Part shown: positions 18,757 through 26,654 of the stretch, in pieces
Layout of the letters: each line of letters begins with the position of its first letter
Position numbering within the stretch: position 1 is the stretch's first letter
Source of the DNA: Candidatus Latescibacterota bacterium
GTDB lineage: Bacteria; Latescibacterota; UBA2968; SICM01
NCBI GenBank assembly: GCA_965217865.1
Contig: CBDCJO010000002.1
Coordinates: 3,008,001 to 3,072,000, forward strand
Length of the DNA: 64,000 nt
Reading direction: 5' to 3'
Position numbers and translations under genes: made by a program
Notes under the pieces: model-generated
Database searches by the model: none
The model's input: the letters and a program-made list of their open reading frames with translations, nothing else
Told to the model about the DNA's origin: nothing

Positions 18757-20358
18757 TTAATTCCCGAACGTGTGTTTAAGAATTTGAAAAATCCTCTTGA
18801 TGAACCATCTCCGGGGGTGTTCCTGTGTGTGGTGTGCGACCACGGCATTGGATGGGAAAACGGTCTTGAAGATGAAACGGGCTTTGTCCATAGGCCCGTG
18901 TCTCAAGGCGAGGTGGACGAAATAGCTCAACCCGGAGCGGGTGCGGCCTTTCGCCAGGCGGCGCAGGAAGAGGCGCTCGCCGGATGTCAGATGCGCAGGT
19001 TTGAGGGCGGCGAGGGTTTCATCGGGAACAGGGGCGCCCATCTGATCTCGAACGACCCGTAGGGGGAGATAGGCCATCCGGTCCAGGCGGAATCTCCGCG
19101 CCGTCTCCAGGACCCGCTCCCAGTCTTCGGCTCCCATGCCGTCCCCGATCGCCCAGGCCAGGTCTACGACCTGGAGGGGCTTCCACATCGAGTGGGCTGG
19201 CCTCATGGCGTGTTCGCACAGATAGACGATGAGGTGATGTGGGGCGACGCGCAGGGTTTCCGTCCCGTCTACAGACAAGGGAAGCGCTTCTTCCCAGATT
19301 TCGTCCATACCCACAAAATCTCGATATGCATCGGTCGGGACGGAGGTGTTCACCAAATGCCAGTGGAGGTGTATGGACGGTGAAAGGAGATCCGCCTTCC
19401 GATAATCCAGGGTGGAGAGGGATGTGGATTGATGGGGGTCGATCCCTCCGATTGGTCCGTCAATCGGGAGATAGCCCAGATCGTTCAGGACACGGTCCGC
19501 GGCACGGAGATGCCCAGGACTGACGAGGAGGTCCACGTCGTTCATCGGGCGGGTCGCGGGGCTCGGGTAGACGGTCTCGGCCAAGGCGACACCTTTCAGG
19601 ACCATCGTGGAGATCCCTGCGTCGGTGATGGTTTTCAGGACCTCTCCGAAGGCGTTGATCATGACGACATACCGCGCGGCGGAACCATAGTAGGCGCGTG
19701 AAAGGGCCCGGGACACTTCGAGCGGAAGTTCCGTCCCGGAACGCTGGAATTGAAAATAGAGGAGCGGGGCCAGGTCCCGGGTTACGGCGACGGAGACCAG
19801 GTCTTCCCATTCGGGTTCGGATTCGGGGAGAAGCCCGTCCACACGGACGGACGGTCCGCAGAGTGAAACGACCCGCAGGAGGTCCCCCCCGTCCCGGTCG
19901 AGCCGCTCGCGGATCGCAGTGCCCCATCCGCCCAGGGTCCTGGAGATTCGCCTGCCGATCGGGATACGCGCTCCCGGCCAGCGCATGGCACGCTGTGCTC
20001 CGCGGTCGAGGCGGACCCGCCTGCCGCGTCGTTCCAGGATGTCGATCCGGCCGAGCAGGTCGGACTCGGGGACCTCCTCCTCCTCCAGGCACTCGGGCGA
20101 ATCCCCCTGGATTTTATAGGCCCCACGTCTCCTCCCCTTCACCCGATGGACGCACGGCCCCCCGGGCGAACAATAGAGGACCACGTCGCCGGGTCCGGGT
20201 TTCTCGGCACTCAGGGGATCGACGATCAGGATGTCTCCGGACCGGATGAAGGGCTCCATGCTGGTCCCGGTCGCCCGGAATCGGAAGGGCTGGCGTCGAT
20301 GATTGAGTGTGGTCTGAGCCAGGTCGAGGAATTCGGTTGAAGAAGGAATTATGAGCAT
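18757..20358 (-). CDS. S26/S24-type peptidase fused to an uncharacterised nucleotidyltransferase (NTP_transf_5-like)
   Basis: GTSMEPFIRSGD…GDVVLY…VHRV…QGDS in the N-terminus; VLKGVALAETVYP….RPMNDVDLLV and IHLHW in the C-terminus; ATG at 20358 preferred because upstream codons are low-complexity repeat. Confidence 0.9.
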   Translation of the reverse strand: MLIIPSSTEFLDLAQTTLNHRRQPFRFRATGTSMEPFIRSGDILIVDPLSAEKPGPGDVVLYCSPGGPCVHRVKGRRRGAYKIQGDSPECLEEEEVPESDLLGRIDILERRGRRVRLDRGAQRAMRWPGARIPIGRRISRTLGGWGTAIRERLDRDGGDLLRVVSLCGPSVRVDGLLPESEPEWEDLVSVAVTRDLAPLLYFQFQRSGTELPLEVSRALSRAYYGSAARYVVMINAFGEVLKTITDAGISTMVLKGVALAETVYPSPATRPMNDVDLLVSPGHLRAADRVLNDLGYLPIDGPIGGIDPHQSTSLSTLDYRKADLLSPSIHLHWHLVNTSVPTDAYRDFVGMDEIWEEALPLSVDGTETLRVAPHHLIVYLCEHAMRPAHSMWKPLQVVDLAWAIGDGMGAEDWERVLETARRFRLDRMAYLPLRVVRDQMGAPVPDETLAALKPAHLTSGERLFLRRLAKGRTRSGLSYFVHLALRHGPMDKARFIFKTVFPSNAVVAHHTQEHPRRWFIKRIFQILKHTFGN

Positions 20359-20359
20359 A

Positions 20360-20870
20360 GAGAAGGGAAATGGAAAATAGAAAGTGTAAAATGGAAAAGT
20401 GTAAGACCCTTCCACCCATCCCCACCGGAATACAGAATACAGAAGTCAGAAGAAGACCGGGAATCAACTTAGTCGTCAGACATGAATCGTGAGACGGCAA
20501 AAGGCAGTAGCAGTGGCAGGAAAAGCAAAGGCAGCCCGAGCGTCAGGGGTCAGAGGAAATTGAATATTGACGATTGAAAGACCGTGAAACGTGAGACAAA
20601 AAGCAGTAGCAGTGGCAGGAAAAAGCACAGGCACCCCCAGTTTCAGGTGTCGGAGATCAGGGGCCAGAGAAATTGAAGATTGACGATTGAAAATTGAAAG
20701 ATTGAAGATCAAAGAGTCCATAAGCACATAAGAAAATTCTGCGTTTTTCAAATATTCAATTCTCCGATATTCAATATTGATGGGGGTCAGAGAAATTGAA
20801 GATTGAGATCGAAGCGAGATCCATATGGACTTTAGAAAGTCCTGGGTTGTTCCAATATTCAATGAGGTTG
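20360..20870. repeat. Cluster of nested short-period repeats / MITE-like units between pqqD and the peptidase-NTase gene
   Basis: GCAGTAGCAGTGGCAGGAAAA twice; GGGG(T/C)CAGAG…AAATTGAA three times (~20545, ~20659, ~20782); ATTGAA/TTCAAT inverted heptamers. Confidence 0.85.
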
Positions 20871-20874
20871 TGGG

Positions 20875-21165
20875 TCAGGGGTCGTTGACGGGCAAAACGG
20901 CGCGGACGGTCTCCAGGCGGGTGATGAAATCCCGGACGTCGGTCTCGGCCTGTTCGGGTCCGACTTCGAATCGCTCGACGATCCCGTCCATGATATCCCG
21001 GACGGTTTTCTCTCCGTCCAGCAGGTTCCAGATGGCGGCTCCGACTTCGTTCAGGGTGAAGACGCTCCCCTTCGGTCCGTCGATGGCGCGAACCGGGACC
21101 AAAATCATCTCGCCCGCGATCTCCCGGAAGATGAAGTCGGGATTTCGGGCATAGCGTGCAATCAC
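20875..21165 (-). CDS. PqqD family protein / RiPP recognition element (RRE)
   Basis: FREIAGEMILVP…FTLNEVGAAIWNLLDG…FEV….AETDVRDFI..L; GTG start overlaps the precursor stop (GTGA). Confidence 0.95.
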   Translation of the reverse strand: MIARYARNPDFIFREIAGEMILVPVRAIDGPKGSVFTLNEVGAAIWNLLDGEKTVRDIMDGIVERFEVGPEQAETDVRDFITRLETVRAVLPVNDP

Positions 21166-21353
21166 GAAGTTGCCGCCGAGTTGGTACCCTTTGATTTAGT
21201 GACCTGTTTGCACTTCTTTTTGCAAAAGCCGGTTTCTTGGTTTCCATCCTTTGCGCTGGTGGCGTTACTCTTGCAAGGGTGCAGGACGGCCTGGCTGGTC
21301 TCAAGGAGGACTTCGTGGATCTCGGGCCGACTGTAATGCATACGCTCAGCCAT
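21162..21353 (-). CDS. Putative RiPP precursor peptide (63 aa)
   Basis: AAGGAG RBS; MAERMHYSRPEIHEVLLETSQAVLHPCKSNATSAKDGNQETGFCKKKCKQVTKSKGTNSAATS; YxxPxI RRE-binding-type leader; overlaps both neighbouring genes. Confidence 0.85.
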   Translation of the reverse strand: MAERMHYSRPEIHEVLLETSQAVLHPCKSNATSAKDGNQETGFCKKKCKQVTKSKGTNSAATS

Positions 21354-22256
21354 GTTCGATCTCCTTTGCGATGTGGTCGGTAATTTCCGGCGAGTTGACA
21401 AAACCGAGCTTTTCAGTCCAGTCCTGCGCGAGGTCGCCGATCCTGAAGAGTGCCGCACAGCGGGCGTCGTCGTTCCACACGGGGAGGAAGGTCTGGGACA
21501 GGAGCCCTGCGAAGTTTAAAGAGGCGGGTTGTTGACAGGTCCTGTTTCGCCTGTCGTGATGAATGATGTAGATCCGGCTCAGCGGGACGCCCCCCGGGGC
21601 GACCGCGAAAGCGGAACCGGGCCAGGGGGTGCCGTAGACCGTCCACGCCCCGTCCCGCTTTCGAAGGATGGTGTGTTCGTCCCCGATGACAATCGCGTCC
21701 GGGCGATTCGTTGCGAAGAGGCGGGAGAGTGTGCTCTTGCCCGTCCCCGAGGCGCCCGCAAAGACGATGCCGCGGCCCCCCAGGTCAAAGGCAGCGGCAT
21801 GAAAAGCATCAGGCCGTCCTCTGTCCCCAGCCTGTCGGCCAGGAGGATGCGGAGGAGGGGCTCCAGGATCGTTGCCAGGTTCCGACGCCGGGGACGCTTG
21901 CTTTGTGGGCGACCGAACAGATCTCGCTGTCCCTCGGTTCCGAGCCTGATCACCCCTTCCTTCAAACCCGCGTCCATCTCGGCCACGCGGTTGGGACGGG
22001 CGGTGAGCGGGTCGCAGATCTCAAATAACCGCTGACCGTTCTCGCTGTGAAGACGCCAGTGGCCGGGCATCTCGAAGATGGGTTTCTCAGGCCGGGGGGA
22101 AATCTCTCCGGTCTCGACGACCCGAAGGCGGATATCTTCCGAAGGGAAGCCGCCAATGAATCGTCCGTAGAGACCAGGGTTCCGTTCGAGGCGGACGCCT
22201 TCGAGGTGGAGCTTCACGCCGATGTCCGCGACCCGCAAGTCCAGTGTGTTTTTCAA
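21346..22256 (-). pseudogene. HPr-kinase-related P-loop protein, frameshifted at the T4 run (plus-strand A 21802-21805)
   Basis: After the shift the frame reads HAAAFDLGGRGIVFAGASGTGKSTLSRLF…IGDEH…VYGTPWPG…LGFVNSPEITDHIAKEIEHG*; this half is absent from the ORF track; TTG start at 22256 inferred. Confidence 0.85.
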
Positions 22257-22291
22257 GGTGAATGCCCGGAGATAGAGCCCATTAGTTGTCG

Positions 22292-23424
22292 TTAATTCGG
22301 GAGGCCGATCTGAAGCAGGCCGCCCGTCATTGCCGGCGCCCCGAAGGCCTCCGCCCTGAGATGGGTGATTTGACAGAGATAATCGACCGGCTCCTCCTGG
22401 TCGCCGTGCTCCAGGAGGGAGGTGCCGGGGCAGGTGCTGCAGGCGGAGATCAACTCGCAGGAGCGGCAGCGGGTCGGCCGTTCGCGCTTCGTTTCGCGAA
22501 GCCTGGGAAAATATTCGTAGAATCCCTCCTTGAAGCTTTTTTCCCTGAGGTTGTGTCCGTTGTGCCGAGAGATGAGACACATCTCCAGGTCCCCGTAGGG
22601 GTCGACCACGAAGTTGGTTGTCCCGGCCCCGCAGAGATAGAGGTTGTCCGTGTCCGCAATGCCCAAGTTTTCGGGCAGGAACTCTTCGCGCCAGGCCTCG
22701 GCCTTCTCCGGATCGGCCATCTCTAACGCCACCACATCCTCCGGGGACATCCGTGTCCCGCAGGGCTTGTGGGAACAGTCGATGCGGGGGTGGATCTCCG
22801 GGTCGTACTTGAAATCCACTTCGAGCTCGCGCGCCATTTGTTCCATCTCCGGGACCTCGTGCTGATTGAGGCCGAGCCCCACGGTCTTCAGGCTCATCTG
22901 AATATTCCGTTCCCGCAGGAGCCGGATTCCCCGGAGGCATTTTTTGTAAGCACCGGGTACCCCGGTAACCTTTTCATAGGTCTCCTCAGAGGCCCCGTAA
23001 AGGGTGATCTCGATCTTGAAGGGGGGGTCTCGGCCAGGAAATCCACGGTGTCGGGCGTGAGCATGCAGCCGTTGGTGAACAGGGTGATCAGGAGTCCGCT
23101 CCGCTTGGCGTAGAGGTAGATGTCCCGAAAATCTCGGCGCAGGAGAGGCTCCCCCCCGGTGATGAGAAGAAAGAGGCATCCCTCCACCACCATAGCGTCG
23201 ATGACACGGCAGCACTCCTCGTAGGTCAGCTCCCGGTTACGGGCGTCAGGATCGTTGGCCGGGAGGTTGACATAGCAGTGGACGCACGCCAGGTTGCACC
23301 GGTGCGTCAGTTCCAGGGTCCCGTCGAGCGGGAACCGTTCCTCATCCGCTTTTCCGTGGACGGCCGCGCTGAAGTCGAGGTAGCGACGATGGGGAATCGT
23401 CACCTCTTCCTGTTCTGACGTCAT
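22292..23424 (-). pseudogene. Radical SAM/SPASM peptide maturase, frameshifted at a C7 run (plus-strand G 23021-23027)
   Basis: ELTHRCNLACVHCY, ITGGEPLLR, FTNG in one frame; EITLYG, CGAG…VDPYG…C, CRSCELISACSTCPG…YLC in the other; one extra C joins them (ETPPFKIEI); GAGGAGG RBS. Confidence 0.92.
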
Positions 23425-23498
23425 AGGTTACCTCCTCTTGAGGGCATCGGAGCTATGGAAGTGCGGAGTGAGTTTTCTTCCACACCAATAACATTTGT

Positions 23499-24764
23499 TC
23501 ATTTCTTATCCGGGAGATCGTCTTCGGAGATCACGTCGGTGATGTGCAGGATCCGGGTTTCTCGCAGATTGATGGTCTGGATGTTGCGGACTTTCTTTTC
23601 CTGAGAATCGTAGAGGATCTCGACGGAGGGCCTGAGGGGATGGGATTCGTAGGTCTCGACGACCCTCCCTACGGCGCCTGAGTTGAGCTTGACGTAGCTT
23701 TTCAGCGGGAAGGCGGACAGCTTCTGCAGGAGGACCTTGAGGACCTGCTGGCTGAACGTGCCCCGCTGATTCTGAAGCATAAACCTGACCGCGTCGAAAG
23801 GCAGCATCCCCCGGCGGTCGGGCCTGGACCGGGTAAGCCCTGCGAAGCAGTCGGCCACGGCGATGATCCGAGCGTATTCTTCGATCTGGTCCCCCTTCAG
23901 ACCCCGGGGGTAGCCGCTGCCGTCTTCCCGTTCCTGCTCCTGGTAGGCGACATCCGCGAGCCACTGGTAGTCCTTACCGAGCTTGGACAGGATCTCGTAG
24001 CCGTATTGGGGATGCCGCTGCATCTCCGCCTTCTCCTCGTTGGTCCATTTTCCCTTCGTCAGGATCGACTCGGGGAGTCGGGTCATTCCGATGTCGTGCA
24101 GGAGGGCGGCCAGACCGAGGTCCACCAGGCGATGATCCTCGAAGTTCATTCCCTCACCGATCCGGAGGGCATAGACGCCCACATTGACGGAGTGGGTGAC
24201 CAGGGCCGCGCTAAACCCGGCGTCCTGTTTGGCCTCCTGGGCATAGATCGCCTGCTTGTAAAGCAGGTCTGTCGCCCCCTTCATGCCGATGATTCGGGTC
24301 AGGATGGCCAGGGCAACGTCCACGGAGAGAGTCGTCCCCTGTTTGGCGGAGTTGATAACCCCCCCCACGAAGGAGTAGGCCCGCTGGTAGAGGGCATTCA
24401 CCGCCTCCTCATCCACCTCCGGAGGCTTTTCCGGCTCCGGGGGAGGGGGGGCAGTCTCCGGGGCCTGCGGGGCAGGTGCCCCGGCCGGCTCAGGCGCTGC
24501 GGGGGCCCCACGGGCCCCAATGGGACGGGGTAAGGCGTCTGCGACCTCTGCCCCGCTCGTGTCCAGACGTTCATTGATTCGGCGGACTTGGTCGGCAAGG
24601 GAGACGACCGCTCCCAGCTCATCGTAAATCTGCCGAAGCACGGGAAGATCCCGCATCTGGGGGGAGTCATCCCCGGCTTTGAAGGGCTGAGGGGGCTCCG
24701 GTCGAAGGGGGGCATTGCTGATGGCCGTTTCCCCTTTCCGGACCATGTCTGAAAGGCGTGGCAT
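23499..24764 (-). CDS. HD-GYP domain protein
   Basis: HSVNV, ALLHDIG, HPQYG, EREDGSGYPRGLKG, IIAVAD; the HHE motif reads EQE. Confidence 0.9.
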   Translation of the reverse strand: MPRLSDMVRKGETAISNAPLRPEPPQPFKAGDDSPQMRDLPVLRQIYDELGAVVSLADQVRRINERLDTSGAEVADALPRPIGARGAPAAPEPAGAPAPQAPETAPPPPEPEKPPEVDEEAVNALYQRAYSFVGGVINSAKQGTTLSVDVALAILTRIIGMKGATDLLYKQAIYAQEAKQDAGFSAALVTHSVNVGVYALRIGEGMNFEDHRLVDLGLAALLHDIGMTRLPESILTKGKWTNEEKAEMQRHPQYGYEILSKLGKDYQWLADVAYQEQEREDGSGYPRGLKGDQIEEYARIIAVADCFAGLTRSRPDRRGMLPFDAVRFMLQNQRGTFSQQVLKVLLQKLSAFPLKSYVKLNSGAVGRVVETYESHPLRPSVEILYDSQEKKVRNIQTINLRETRILHITDVISEDDLPDKK

Positions 24765-24771
24765 TCTTGGT

Positions 24772-25575
24772 TTATGATCTCATGACCGCAGCGACGGCCT
24801 TCTGTGCGATCCCTTCATCGATTTCGGTCGCTCCGGAGCTGAAACCGAGCAGGAGGCTCATGTCGCAAACGTTGTTCACGTCCCTGGGAATCCCGTGAGT
24901 GGCACTACAGATTATGGGGAAGGTTTCCGGACTGATGATCTCCTTCTGAAGCCCGGCCTTTTTGAGGCGATAGTGGATATATTTACCGGTTTCCTCCGTA
25001 GAAAGTGGCCCGAGGTGATATTTTATCGCGATGCGCTGTTCGAGTTGGCGGATTTGCCCCACCTTCTCCCGTAGTTCAGGCTGGCCTATCAGGATGAGGG
25101 TCAGGAGGAAACGATCGTTCAGCTGGAAGTTGAGGAGGAGGCGCAATTCTTCGAATGTGTCCTGGTTTTCGATCGCCTGGGCCTCGTCGATCATGATGAC
25201 CGTGTCCTTACCCGCGTTCAAATTCTTGACGACAACGTCATTCAGGGCGTGAAGGAGGTCGAGTTTCGAGGTGGCGTCTGTCTGCTCGCCGAGTTGATAG
25301 AGGATCTCCCGCAAAAAGTCGATGGGAGGAAGGCCTGGATTGGCGACCAATCCGACCTCGAATCGATCTCCGGACAGGTCCTGGACCAGGGTACGGCTCA
25401 GGATCGTCTTGCCACAACCCACCTCTCCTGTGAGCATGGCCGAACCCTTACGGTTGTTCACGGCATAGAACAATCGGATCAGGGCTTCCTGATGCTCCGG
25501 GGAAGGATAGAAGAATCTGGGATCGGGGACGTTCTCAAAGGGGAGTTCCTTCAGGCCCCAGTGCTCTTGATACAC
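24772..25575 (-). CDS. ExeA/GspA-like AAA ATPase
   Basis: MYQEHWGLKELPF, LTGEVGCGKT, IDEAQ, LIGQPEL, GIPRDVNNVCD. Confidence 0.92.
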   Translation of the reverse strand: MYQEHWGLKELPFENVPDPRFFYPSPEHQEALIRLFYAVNNRKGSAMLTGEVGCGKTILSRTLVQDLSGDRFEVGLVANPGLPPIDFLREILYQLGEQTDATSKLDLLHALNDVVVKNLNAGKDTVIMIDEAQAIENQDTFEELRLLLNFQLNDRFLLTLILIGQPELREKVGQIRQLEQRIAIKYHLGPLSTEETGKYIHYRLKKAGLQKEIISPETFPIICSATHGIPRDVNNVCDMSLLLGFSSGATEIDEGIAQKAVAAVMRS

Positions 25576-25875
25576 GCCCGCTCTCCTTTATTGTTTTTAA
25601 AAAAGATCCGTGAATCCTGTTATAATACTTTTTCGACCAGGAATTGTCAAGGCCGGACGACGGCATCGGGTGATGGGTCCTCCTCAAGCCCATAACTGGT
25701 CTTTCAGTCTCGATACATCAGTCAAACTTGCCCAAATATAGACACGAATGAACATTCAGTCAAGAAAAATAAACAATAATAAACTTTTTACTTGATTTTT
25801 GGTCTCATTGTGTTTAAATTAACATACACATCAAAGTATTTAATGCTATTTCATCCACAAAAAATGATCGGCGGG

Positions 25876-26577
25876 ATGAGACTAAAAGAAGCAATCGAGG
25901 ATGAAATCGCCTCTCAGGGGATCTCGGCCATTGATATTTCGAAAGGGAGTGGGGTATCGAAGGCGACCATTTACAATATCTTGAACGGGCTGACCGACGA
26001 CTCCCGCATCCGTCCTTCCACCAAGCGGGCCATCGCTCAGGGATGTGGGCGAGAACTCCTTATCCTCGACGACGGCGGTGTAGAATTTGTCTCGCCCGGG
26101 TCCACTTTGGAAGCCCAGGATGAATTCGCCAACGCGAGTGTCGTCCTGCAATATCTCCCCGGAAGACCCTTTCTGTCCGGCCACTTCTTCCAGGAGCCGT
26201 TCGACTGGCTGCACGATCTGGAGACATCGAGCCGCATCCCGCGCTGCGATGTCGTCAACAGGGTGTTCCAAAAGAACACCGATTTTCTTTCCCTGATCAT
26301 CGAGAATGTGAGTCACGCCAACATCACCGCGTCGCGATTTTCCCTTCGGGTGTCGATCCTCAAGAGCCGGATCCAGAAGAACTTTTCCCTGACCCGAATC
26401 AATCCGATTCCCCCCCTTGGAAAGATCGAAATCACCCTTTTCCTGGCCGAGGCCGACTTCGACTTCGACCTGGAAACCGCACAGGTTGCCCTTCACGATA
26501 TCGATGGCGAACCCCACGTACCGACGTGGGGAGATGAAAACACGGGGATCTACCGATTCAGAAGCTTGCCCAAGTAA
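25876..26577 (+). CDS. XRE-like HTH protein with an unknown C-terminal domain
   Basis: ISAIDISKGSGVSKATIYNILNG HTH; start chosen at MRLKE. Confidence 0.78.
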   Translation: MRLKEAIEDEIASQGISAIDISKGSGVSKATIYNILNGLTDDSRIRPSTKRAIAQGCGRELLILDDGGVEFVSPGSTLEAQDEFANASVVLQYLPGRPFLSGHFFQEPFDWLHDLETSSRIPRCDVVNRVFQKNTDFLSLIIENVSHANITASRFSLRVSILKSRIQKNFSLTRINPIPPLGKIEITLFLAEADFDFDLETAQVALHDIDGEPHVPTWGDENTGIYRFRSLPK

Positions 26578-26654
26578 GATGATCGTTGAAAACCGTCGTT
26601 TCCTAGAAATTCAACGAAACCAAGTCCCGATGGGGCTTATCGGGCAGCCCGGCC

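Noticed and set aside
21579-22940. 453-aa ORF as a real protein
   Set aside because: Chimera of an off-frame rSAM segment, the true kinase N-half and an off-frame tail
18757-23424. Lasso peptide or PQQ biosynthesis cluster
   Set aside because: No asparagine-synthetase-like cyclase or B2 protease; no PqqA ExxxY motif and no pqqB/pqqC
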